A stretch of DNA of 63,999 bases, counting the filler, from an uncultured bacterium (GTDB taxonomy: Bacteria; Latescibacterota; UBA2968), in assembly GCA_964471275.1 (NCBI GenBank). It is 7 parts of 7 records of this genome, joined end to end, with 100 filler letters (N's around TTAATTAATTAA, not from the genome) between each part and the next. Parts side by side here need not be neighbours in the genome. Positions count along the whole stretch, not along the records: positions 30,463 to 40,411 come from CAYYGZ010000176.1; positions 40,512 to 50,445 come from CAYYGZ010000177.1; 5 more parts are not named here. One strand, 5' to 3'. Below, piece by piece: positions 33,164 through 41,883 of the stretch (positions are counted from its first letter, which is position 1; each line of letters opens with the position of its first letter). The translations under genes were made by a program, and so were the position numbers. Below the pieces are notes generated by a model. That model was given only the letters and a program-made list of their open reading frames with translations, did no database searches and was not told where the DNA came from.

Positions 33164-34882
33164 CTAACACTCCAGTAATGCTCTCCCGATCTCTTTCCCA
33201 TTCACCATCAGCAGGGCGCTTCCTTCCTTGGATTCACCTCCGACCCGCTCAAGAACTTCGTAGCTCGAAAGGTCGGCAGCCACCGCCATCGGGCCCTGCC
33301 AACCCGGAATCTCGACCCTGACTTGATCGCCATCCTCGCGGATATCTACAGCGGATTCGAAGTGGGCTCTGATACCAACAGAGACCGCCTCGTTCACGCC
33401 GACCCAGAGCGCCACAACGCCTCTAGATTCTGCTGGTACGTCGCTGTGCGTCACCGTCAATCGCATTGCGCCACAGGCCAGGCCTTCCTCGTCCCGGACA
33501 AGCTGCACGGTCGCTTCACCGCCGTCTATCGATCGTGCGAGGACTGCCCGGACAGCAAGCGACACATCACCCCACTCGATAATCACAGCCTCCTCCCGAG
33601 GAACGTCAATCAAGCCTGTCGAATCATCGCCAAAATTCAGCGACACATCACCGACGCTGCACCTGTCGGCACTTGCCGGGAGAACAAAGTGCGACAGGAG
33701 ACACGTCGGGTCCGGCGCCGATCTTGCGTAATGCCTTCCCTCCGGCGCTGGTGCAGCAAGCAGCAGAACCTCGGATCCTCGCTGGACGGTGGTCAGAAAG
33801 GGGACGAGATGCAGCGCTTTGGAGTGACCGGAGTTCAGCCGGAACTGACGTTGACCGTACCCGTCACCCCGGGCATCCGTGAAGAACGTGGCGTTCGGCG
33901 TGTCTGGCCCGCCGATGTTTACCGTCAGACATTTGTCGATCGGACCGTAGGAGGCACCGGCCGAACCGATCGTGAAGGACTTGCCCACATACGTCGTAGC
34001 CGTCTCTTCCGGCTTCTCCCCAAACCTCTGACAGACTGTTCTGGGGAGATCGGCGAGCACGGCGTTGACATCGGCGCCGATCTGCGCATCGGGAGGATGG
34101 ACCTCACCATCGCCTTGCCGAATCGAATTGAATCGTTCACGGATGCGAACGGCTCGCACACCTGTCGACAAGTAGTCGTAGTCACGACTGTGTGCTCCCC
34201 CCAGCCGGGCGCACAGATCGGACCAGTTGGCGGCAATCTGCATCCAGAAGAAGCGCAAGGCCTTGTTGGCCTGATGACGTCCCTCCTTGGATTGTGCGTA
34301 CTGAGCGATCAGCTCCATGGGCTGCATACTCGCGACATAATAGGTTGGGCTCAGATACTCGTGGATACCGTGGCACACTGTGTACTGGAGCCAGCGGGCC
34401 AACATCGCGTATCCCTCTTCTGCCAGCTCCCGTTCCGCCAATCGCTCGCCGAGCGCGACGCAGTTCCAAGTCTTCATGATCCAGATGTTCGTGTAGGAAA
34501 CCGGAGGCGTGTGTCGTCGAATGCCCTCGACACTGAATCGCATCAGCCGCTCGAGTCGCTCACGGCCCTGATTCGACATCCGATCACGGTGCCGGATCCA
34601 GAGCAACCCACCGGCCTTCATCGAGAACTCGACAGCATTCCTGTCCACGGGTTTCATGTTCCGACGATACCACCGGAAGTTGCCATAGGTGTCGCTCTCG
34701 GTATCGCGATCCTGAAGCTCCTCTGCCCACTCGAGGGCCTGGTCGACCTCGTCACTGTGGCTACCCGCCTCACACGCCTCGAGCGCAAATCTGAACAGCT
34801 CTCTTGCCTGGAGATCCCCACCGGCCTGTGTCAACTCCATCCAGAAAGCACCTAGGTCCTTCGGCGTGAACGGACTCCTCAT
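33164..34882 (-). CDS. Hypothetical protein, possibly alpha-toroid + beta-sandwich (lyase/heparinase-like)
   Basis: 572-aa ORF; helical N-half with YTNI, GIHEYLSPTY, GAHSRDYDY; beta-rich C-half. The fold call is tentative. Confidence 0.6.
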   Translation of the reverse strand: MRSPFTPKDLGAFWMELTQAGGDLQARELFRFALEACEAGSHSDEVDQALEWAEELQDRDTESDTYGNFRWYRRNMKPVDRNAVEFSMKAGGLLWIRHRDRMSNQGRERLERLMRFSVEGIRRHTPPVSYTNIWIMKTWNCVALGERLAERELAEEGYAMLARWLQYTVCHGIHEYLSPTYYVASMQPMELIAQYAQSKEGRHQANKALRFFWMQIAANWSDLCARLGGAHSRDYDYLSTGVRAVRIRERFNSIRQGDGEVHPPDAQIGADVNAVLADLPRTVCQRFGEKPEETATTYVGKSFTIGSAGASYGPIDKCLTVNIGGPDTPNATFFTDARGDGYGQRQFRLNSGHSKALHLVPFLTTVQRGSEVLLLAAPAPEGRHYARSAPDPTCLLSHFVLPASADRCSVGDVSLNFGDDSTGLIDVPREEAVIIEWGDVSLAVRAVLARSIDGGEATVQLVRDEEGLACGAMRLTVTHSDVPAESRGVVALWVGVNEAVSVGIRAHFESAVDIREDGDQVRVEIPGWQGPMAVAADLSSYEVLERVGGESKEGSALLMVNGKEIGRALLEC

Positions 34883-34943
34883 ATCTGCACCATCGAGTAG
34901 ATGACTTTCGGTTCGTCAATCATATGACTTTACTCAATTCTCC
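34879..34943 (-). repeat. Direct repeat copy 2, encoding the 14-aa mini-ORF MIDEPKVIYSMVQI (34879-34923)
   Basis: Matches the EttA N-terminus MSDEPKVIYSMV; its TGA overlaps the ATG of the 572-aa gene (ATGA). Confidence 0.88.
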
Positions 34944-34972
34944 GATTCAGCCGTCCTGCGAGGGCGGATTAC

Positions 34973-35052
34973 ATTGAGGATCTGGGAGAGAAGATTGAGA
35001 ATTGAAAGACAGAAGCGGTTCTGCTTTCAACCCTCCATCCTAGATCCTCAAT
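34973..35052. repeat. Long imperfect inverted repeat built from degenerate heptamers
   Basis: Outer arms ATTGAGGATCTGGGA / TCCTAGATCCTCAAT (14/15); inner arms TTGAAAGACAGAA / TTCTGCTTTCAA. Confidence 0.65.
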
Positions 35053-35983
35053 TGAACGCCCTCTCCCAAACCGCCGTCCCGATCGCGAAGTATTTGTGTG
35101 TAAACGGCGGCTTCGTTCTGGCACCGTAGTACAGTCTCAATGATCCGTCAGTCTGTAGATGGATCGATTGGCTTGTCGTATAATGCGACTCCCACTCTCG
35201 CTCCGGATTCGGACCGAACACCGGATTCGCTGGATGTTTCGTCCACTGGATCCCGTCCTCACTCGCCGCGAACCCGATCGCCGTCGTATGTCGATCGGTC
35301 GCCTGGTAGCTCCCATACCACATCAGGAACACACCGTCCCGCTTCAGCACCGTCGGATAGAACAACCGGGCCGCTTCCCATTCCTGATCCGCTGCCACAA
35401 CCGCTTCCGGATGCGTCGTCCAAACCGTGCCATCGGAGCTCTCGGCGAACCGGAACGTCCACGGATCCACCGTCACATCCGCATACCACATCAGATACCG
35501 GTCGCCGTCTTTCAGAACAGTCGGCGCATAGGCCCCCATGATCTGCGGGACCGACGGTGTCGACCAATCCAGGCCGTCAGCGCTCCGCGTTTCGTGAATC
35601 GTGTACACGATCCCCAGCGGGAACGTCGTCGAACTGAACCAGAGGCGCATCTCCCCTCCCTCACGAAGCACAGTCCCGTTCCCGTTTCGCAGAAAGGTCG
35701 GCGTCAGTACCGACGCGCCACTCCCCATCTCCAGCACCGGCGACTCGCCGCACTTCCGGAATTCACGTCCGTCAGTAGCCACCGACATCCCCATCCGAAA
35801 GACGCGATCCTCAACCACTCCCTGCGACCCGCAGTAGTAGAGACGCGTCTCGCTCCCCTCAACCTGGGCCGCCGGCGCGAACAGATGCATATCATCGAAG
35901 TCGCCGCTTTGACCAAGCGAAACACACGGCCTCTCCGCATCCCTTACCCACCTCTGCTCACCAAACCACCGATCCGTGTTCAT
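35048..35983 (-). CDS. Five-bladed beta-propeller glycoside-hydrolase-like protein
   Basis: Repeated blades with SxDGxxW boxes (SADGLDW, SSDGTVW, SEDGIQW), YAPTV/FYPTV, NPVF. Confidence 0.75.
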   Translation of the reverse strand: MNTDRWFGEQRWVRDAERPCVSLGQSGDFDDMHLFAPAAQVEGSETRLYYCGSQGVVEDRVFRMGMSVATDGREFRKCGESPVLEMGSGASVLTPTFLRNGNGTVLREGGEMRLWFSSTTFPLGIVYTIHETRSADGLDWSTPSVPQIMGAYAPTVLKDGDRYLMWYADVTVDPWTFRFAESSDGTVWTTHPEAVVAADQEWEAARLFYPTVLKRDGVFLMWYGSYQATDRHTTAIGFAASEDGIQWTKHPANPVFGPNPEREWESHYTTSQSIHLQTDGSLRLYYGARTKPPFTHKYFAIGTAVWERAFN

Positions 35984-36038
35984 AGTCCCGCACCCTTCAT
36001 TCCAACTTGCTTGGCCTTTACCTACCTACCGCCCGCCT

Positions 36039-36995
36039 CTAGTACCTCCCCCACCGCTCCTTCCAATGCCCCAAATAGTCCAGTCGCCACTTCGAAATCG
36101 TTTTCTGACACGTCTCCGCATCTTCATCGAGATCCGTGTAGTAGTTCGGAAACTGTTCAGGATCTGGTCTGTAGTACTGTCCCCCTCAAAAACTCTCCGA
36201 CGTCGGGTCGTCGACATTGCCGACACCGCCGAAAACAGGCGACAGAAGATGCAGCAAAGTCGGGCTGTCGCCTTCCTTCAGCGATCCCTCCGGCCAGCCT
36301 GCGGCAGGAAACGCGTCACCGCACACCTCGTCGAACAGCCCATCGTGATCCGTGCCCCGCCCTCGAATGTTCTCCTCAATAAACGCGATATTGCCCCATT
36401 CTCCTCCCTGCTCGCCCGTCTGGTAGATACCTCTAAGCGTATCGCGGCTCAGCTTCGATAGGACCCCGTTCTCGATCCACCACAGCTCGGGATATTGCTC
36501 CGACATAAACGCGTAAACATAGTCGCGTGCATCCGGATCGTTCACAGTATTCGATGACCTGATGTAGTTAACCCGGATTCGCGAAGCGATATCAGGTCCA
36601 TCGTGCAGGGCCTGTGCCACGTCCGTTATCGATTCACAGACACGCACCCACAACACTTCATCTGGCCCGACAAGCGCCCGCTCGATAATCTTCCGGGATC
36701 CCGCGGTCTCTTTGCCAGGACCCGGCCCTCCCACAGTCGTCGTTCCCTGCACGACCGCCTCGAGCAGATCCACCTCGCTCATCAGCTCTGGGTAACCATT
36801 CCCGCGCAGGTGCTCCACATCCACCCGCTGCACCCAGTGTCTGATCAAACCCGCACTGGGCTCGCTTCCGGGTCCAGTACACGACGTAATCCCTTCGACC
36901 TTCAGCACATCCGAGTAGTGGATCAGCCGATATAGCGATTGGATGTCATCCGGATTGCCGCCCAGATCTGTAGAGACCAGAACACGATAAGTCAT
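36039..36995 (-). pseudogene. DUF1593 / nucleoside-hydrolase-like protein with in-frame TGA
   Basis: RVLVSTDLGG.PDDIQS, KEGDSP. DDPTSESF*GGQY (TGA 36186-36188) continues in frame to KWRLDYLGHWKERWGRY* at 36039. Confidence 0.75.
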
Positions 36996-37067
36996 TGAAT
37001 TACAACGCTTTCAAGTATACATACCGAAACAATCCTAATAATATGTCCCTGTTCACTTGGGTCCAAC

Positions 37068-37095
37068 AAAAAAGCCCAGGTTGCTTCACCTGAGC
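37068..37095 (-). terminator. Intrinsic terminator
   Basis: Minus strand GCTCAGG-loop-CCTGGGC-TTTTTT. Confidence 0.6.
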
Positions 37096-37279
37096 CCGCT
37101 ACTACCACCGGTCATCCCGACACCTCCCTCACGTAGTTCTCATAGCGAGGTTGAGGGACCCCTCGTCGTTCTCGGCCATCTTGTTTCCCCTCCCCTCAAC
37201 GCGCTTCCATGCCTCACTCCCCACATCTCCTTTCACCCGATAGTAGATGGGCTACGACTAGCAGCGTAACCCGCTATCA

Positions 37280-38035
37280 TCACAAAGCCACTCCGATCGG
37301 CGCATATTCCGACGATGCCCCGATCGCGACACCCATCGCGTTCTCAGCCGACCGTGTATACTGGATCCCGCTCTTCTTCCGCTCCAGCGGAACGATCGCG
37401 CCCATCTCTCTGAGACAATACGCCATCTTCTGCGCCATAAACCTCGGCAAGTCTCGGGCGTTCGCAATGTCTGTCGTCGTAAACGGTTCCGCTACCGTAT
37501 CCGGAATCAAAGCGGCCATATCTCTCGGCTGAACGAATCGCTGGCTGTCGAGCACCTTCAGCAGACGACGTTCCTCTTTCACATAATCCCGCTTCCATCG
37601 TCTCCCCCGCCGCTTGCCATCAACGATCCGGATTTCCTCTTCCTGGATCGTGACCACCTCAAGCGAAAAATTCCGCTCCGCCATCAACTGCGGAAACGTC
37701 ACCAGTTCGCCGAATACGTCCTCTACCCGTCCCTTCTTCGGCGACTTCCGACGACTCAGCTGTTGCCCATCCGGATCGAGTCTCACGATCCACTTCTCGT
37801 AGGATACGGGATGAACCAGCCTGACCGAGTGGGACTGAACCAGCTTCCTCAACTTCGTCCGCATCTTCGTGAAGTTCCGCGTCTGAACTTCTATCAGGAT
37901 CCCATCGACGATCGCATCGATGATATACCCATCCAACGCCACCTCATACTCGGCGCCGGGTCCCGCACACCACTCCTTCAGCGCCCTGTGCAGCGGATTC
38001 TCGTTGAATGTGTTGATCCCGTTTTCCATCATCAT
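37280..38035 (-). CDS. Hypothetical protein, PD-(D/E)XK-nuclease-like with probable C-terminal HTH
   Basis: ENPLHRALK...IIDAIVDGILIEVQT, RRKSPKKG, FTTTDIA...AQKMAYCLREMG. Confidence 0.6.
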   Translation of the reverse strand: MMMENGINTFNENPLHRALKEWCAGPGAEYEVALDGYIIDAIVDGILIEVQTRNFTKMRTKLRKLVQSHSVRLVHPVSYEKWIVRLDPDGQQLSRRKSPKKGRVEDVFGELVTFPQLMAERNFSLEVVTIQEEEIRIVDGKRRGRRWKRDYVKEERRLLKVLDSQRFVQPRDMAALIPDTVAEPFTTTDIANARDLPRFMAQKMAYCLREMGAIVPLERKKSGIQYTRSAENAMGVAIGASSEYAPIGVAL

Positions 38036-38053
38036 CCTGTTCGGAGCATCGCC

Positions 38054-38106
38054 GTCATCCTGAGCGCCAGTGAAGAGCTTGCCCCGAGCGAAGTCGAGGG
38101 GATCCC
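38054..38106 (+). repeat. REP-like element
   Basis: GTCATCCTGAGCG...CTTGCCCCGAGCGAAGTCGAGGGGATCCC; related to 12671-12698 and 37111-37163. Confidence 0.55.
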
Positions 38107-38200
38107 TCCCCTGTCTCGACCATCACCTAGGCGACTTCTCACCTAGCCATTGACCTTAGGCTCAAACCCCAATCCCGTCAATTCACCCCCAAACAGAAAC

Positions 38201-38223
38201 ACCCGGTCAAAAAGCGACCGGGT
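38201..38223 (-). terminator. Hairpin downstream of the dehydrogenase pair
   Basis: ACCCGGTC-N7-GACCGGGT, followed on the minus strand by GTTTCTGTTT. Confidence 0.5.
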
Positions 38224-38286
38224 CGAATCCATAGGTACAGCAAGTCAGTTGATGGCGAGCGNNNNNNNNNNTCAAACTCAAGATCA

Positions 38287-39270
38287 TCAATCCAGCCAGG
38301 GATCGTAGAGAATCTTGATCGCCTTCTTCTCTTTGAGCAACGACACACCCTCTGCATACCGAGAGAAAGGTAGTCTTGCTGTTGTCAGTGGCACCAAGTC
38401 CAGCCTGTTTGCCCGAATCAACTGGACCGCTCTCTCGGCCGCCGACCGGCTGTGTGCGGCATAACCAATCAGCTTCAACGCCCGTCTCCAATGGTTCATC
38501 GTAAACCGAACTTCTTCGCGAAGCACGCCGAACAGCGCCACGCTGTCTCTCGTTCGATCCATCAGAAACTCGATCGATACGGGCAATCCAGTGCAATCCA
38601 TCGACACATCCAGCCCGCCCTCGCTGAACCGGTCGTAGGGGAACGCCTCTGCTGTCGGTGGCAGCGCGCGATCAGCACCCAGCTCCAGCGCCAGCGCTCT
38701 CCGCTCCTCGACGGGATCGAAGGCAACCACCTCGGCTGCCCCGTATGCCTTCGCCATCTGAATGGCGATCAACCCGGCCGGTCCCAGACCGCCTACACCA
38801 AACCGCATACTCGAGATCTGCGATATTGAAAGCAGTTGATCGATCGACACGTGAACGCACATTGCCAGCTCAACGGGCGCCGTCGCTTCCTCTGATAGCG
38901 TCTCAGGAACCGTGATCAGGTTCGCCGCGTCGCCAACCGCATATTGCGCGTAGAATCCCGGCCTTGTCGGCCCTTGATCTCGCCACAGTGAGACACGATC
39001 CCCGACCTTCGCTCCTGCCGTCTCAGGACCCACGGCGACCACTTCCCCCGTCGCCTCGTGACCGGGCTGACCTGCTGTGTAGGGATACTCGAGCTTCCCA
39101 CCCGGAAACATCGGCTCCCCGGCGATGATGTGCATATCCCAGTGTGGACAGGTCGTCACTCCCTGAACCTTCACCAGCGCCTGCCCCGTCCCCGGCTCGG
39201 GAACCGGAAGCTCCACAATCTCGGACCTCCCCGGTTCCACGATCTGCAGCACCTTCATCCTCTCAGCCAC
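38287..39270 (-). CDS. Zinc-binding (MDR) dehydrogenase
   Basis: TCPHWD, PGHEATGEV, GGLGPAG, DCTG; GTG start after GAGAGGGG. Confidence 0.88.
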   Translation of the reverse strand: MAERMKVLQIVEPGRSEIVELPVPEPGTGQALVKVQGVTTCPHWDMHIIAGEPMFPGGKLEYPYTAGQPGHEATGEVVAVGPETAGAKVGDRVSLWRDQGPTRPGFYAQYAVGDAANLITVPETLSEEATAPVELAMCVHVSIDQLLSISQISSMRFGVGGLGPAGLIAIQMAKAYGAAEVVAFDPVEERRALALELGADRALPPTAEAFPYDRFSEGGLDVSMDCTGLPVSIEFLMDRTRDSVALFGVLREEVRFTMNHWRRALKLIGYAAHSRSAAERAVQLIRANRLDLVPLTTARLPFSRYAEGVSLLKEKKAIKILYDPWLD

Positions 39271-39333
39271 GTTGCCCCTCTCGCCTTTTCCTGGAACCTG
39301 GAATGCTTCCACCTCTTTGGAACGCTCCCGTTC

Positions 39334-40320
39334 TCACCATTCCAAAATCACTCCCAATACGGGCTCGCTCTTCGATTCAATCAACGCCCAGGCTTCATCC
39401 GCCCTGTCCACAGGGAATCGATGCGTGATCAGTTCTTCAGTCTTCAGTGAACCGTCAGCGACCAATTCGAGCGTCCTGTCCATCCGGTCCTGTGCCCAGC
39501 CGGAAACCAGGTCAATCGACAGTTCGCCATACCGCGGCGGCTGGAGGGGAAGCTGGTCTTCGGTGCCATAGAAACCGGCCGACACGATGTGCCCATACTT
39601 CCGCATTAACCCATATCCCGCTTCGATCGCCTCGACGGATCCGGCCGTGTCGACCAAAACCTGCACCGTCTTTCCATATGCATTGAGCGCTCTCTGGACC
39701 CAATCCGTCTGCTTCTCGTTCACACACTCGCCCTGTGTGAACCGGTTCAGCCGATCCTCGTGCCGACCGACAAGCATCACTTCCGCGCCACGCCAGGCAA
39801 GCGTCTGGGCTGCCCACTGACCGACCATCCCATCACCGATCACGATCGCCGGCTCGCCCGAATCAACTGGTGGTCTGGCACCACAGTTGTATCCGACCTG
39901 CGTCAGCACCAGACCAGAGAACTTCACCGGATCCTGTCCGGTTGGCAGCTTCCAGATGCCCCCCGCCTTGCCGATCGACGGCGAAAGCTGCCCTCCTCTC
40001 GGAGAGAACATCCCGTTCACGGCCCCCATCGTCGCGAACACTGTCTCGCCAACGGTGTAATCCAAAACGTCGCCCCCTACCCAGGACACCTGCCCGACCT
40101 TCTGATATCCAGCCACGATCGGAAACGGTTCCGGATCTCCGTGCTGAAAGGGCGTGTCCCCGGCGATTCGTTCGCCTCTCAGAAACGACCCCTCTGTCCC
40201 ATTGCTGATCCACGAGTACGTCACATCGACGACGACATCATCCGCCCCTGGCTCTGGACAGTCGACTTCCTGGTAGGAAACGGTGTTGCGGGATGTGAAG
40301 ACGACAGCGTTGGCGTGCAT
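39334..40320 (-). CDS. MDR-family dehydrogenase lacking the catalytic-zinc GHE motif
   Basis: SWISNGTE, AGYQKVG, IGDGMVG, LITHRFP. Confidence 0.82.
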   Translation of the reverse strand: MHANAVVFTSRNTVSYQEVDCPEPGADDVVVDVTYSWISNGTEGSFLRGERIAGDTPFQHGDPEPFPIVAGYQKVGQVSWVGGDVLDYTVGETVFATMGAVNGMFSPRGGQLSPSIGKAGGIWKLPTGQDPVKFSGLVLTQVGYNCGARPPVDSGEPAIVIGDGMVGQWAAQTLAWRGAEVMLVGRHEDRLNRFTQGECVNEKQTDWVQRALNAYGKTVQVLVDTAGSVEAIEAGYGLMRKYGHIVSAGFYGTEDQLPLQPPRYGELSIDLVSGWAQDRMDRTLELVADGSLKTEELITHRFPVDRADEAWALIESKSEPVLGVILEW

Positions 40321-40411
40321 AAGGTCGCGTAGCGCCAAGCGCTGAGCGCGAGGCGATACCTCTCATTAGTGTGTTCGGTCGATTTAGAACTGAGTAAGTA
40401 GCACGGTGTAC

Positions 40412-40511
40412 NNNNNNNNNNNNNNNNNNNNNNNNNNNNNNNNNNNNNNNNNNNNTTAATTAATTAANNNNNNNNNNNNNNNNNNNNNNNNNNNNNNNNN
40501 NNNNNNNNNNN
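40412..40511. other. Artificial contig spacer
   Basis: N-run + TTAATTAATTAA + N-run. Confidence 0.99.
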
Positions 40512-41126
40512 ATCCAGCCAGACATCCACAGGTTCATCGGCGTGGAGCTCGTAGAAGGCTTTGAAGAAGGTGGACCGATGGTCCCGGTTCGGCTCGACAT
40601 AGGTGTGTGCGTCTACCTGTTCGTAGGCGATCCCGAGCAACCGGGGTGGTGTGACGTCTCGGTCATCCCACGTATTCAACCGAGGAAAGCGTTCACCTGC
40701 CTTTTCGCCCGATTCCCCGAACATCCATAGGAAGAAGGTCTCATTCTCGAACTCCGTACCGTCCCAGAACTTGACGGGCGCCCGCTGACTCCCGCTGGGG
40801 TTTGCATCCGCCAGAAACGATATCCTGTAGTGCGCGAGCGCCCATTCGCTCCAAGGATCGGAAGGGCAAAAGCACAGACGCTCGATCCACCGATGACAGG
40901 CTGCGGTTCCGGCGGGCTCGTGGGCGTGTGGTCGAGTGAAGTAGACGTGGGGCATCCCGGGGGTGCCCAGCGTGATCCGGTACGCGGTCCGACCGCCGTA
41001 TTGAGGCCAGTCCACCACGACGGCTCTGGAATCTCGAACCGTGTCTACAAAGGCATCCGTCTCATCCGGTGTAACGATGAGATCATCTGGATGTGGCCAG
41101 GCGTTTCCATACGGTAGATATGGCAT
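40512..41126 (-). CDS. M14 zinc-carboxypeptidase-like protein (3'-truncated)
   Basis: HAHEPAG (HxxE), ANPSG, EPNR, VWLD at the contig edge. Confidence 0.7.
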
Positions 41127-41357
41127 GTGGACCGATCCGGATCAGATGTGTAGCGCGTTCTGTCACCGTGAATACAGCCGGTCTCGCGAGAGGAGTCCGA
41201 GCGTGCGCAGGCGTCTTGAATACTCTTGGATACAGTGACCAAATACAGGCCTGAACGAGCGGGCATGTTCTTGTCCCGCGCCCCCAAAACATTTACATTT
41301 GAGGCCTCAGAGAGAACCTAACGACCCTTACTTAACGGACACCACGGGGCTAAACGG

Positions 41358-41822
41358 ATGAATCTCAAAGACACGGTACGGTCGGAATTGATCCGTCGGC
41401 TAGACCTATCCTTCTATGTCGAAGTGCAGAAGGGCTCGCAGGCACGCGAAGTTATTGAAAAAATGCAGGCGAGCAACAGAAAGTGTGCGCTCATCGTTGA
41501 CGGCACTCAGTTGCTCGGCATCTTCACTGCGCACGACATTCGGGACCACGCACAGGAGACCCAAACCCTGGATCAGCCAATCGAGTCGGTCATGACGAAA
41601 GATCCAGAGACGATTTTGGGCAGCGCCTCGCTCGAGGAGGCGATCGCGTTCCTCAACCAGAAGCCCTACCGGTATCTCCCCGTCCTCAACAAGGAGGGAC
41701 ATATTATCGGTACACTCACGCACTATGCGATCCTAAAATACATTAGTGACTACTTCCCAGAAGACATCTACAACCTGCCCCCGGAGCCCGATCAGATAGC
41801 GACGGCACGGGACGGAGCCTGA
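41358..41822 (+). CDS. Stand-alone CBS-pair protein
   Basis: LLGIFTAHD, IESVMTKDP, YRYLPVL...IGTLT. Confidence 0.9.
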   Translation: MNLKDTVRSELIRRLDLSFYVEVQKGSQAREVIEKMQASNRKCALIVDGTQLLGIFTAHDIRDHAQETQTLDQPIESVMTKDPETILGSASLEEAIAFLNQKPYRYLPVLNKEGHIIGTLTHYAILKYISDYFPEDIYNLPPEPDQIATARDGA

Positions 41823-41883
41823 TTACCAAGTCACTGAGACAAACGTCTCAGAACGGGCATCAAATTCAGGAGGGTAACAAACC

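Noticed and set aside
33323..36382. Long plus-strand ORFs (510 aa at 33323, 407 aa at 35159) and similar antisense ORFs elsewhere
   Set aside because: Shadows of minus-strand genes in GC-rich DNA; no recognisable motifs.
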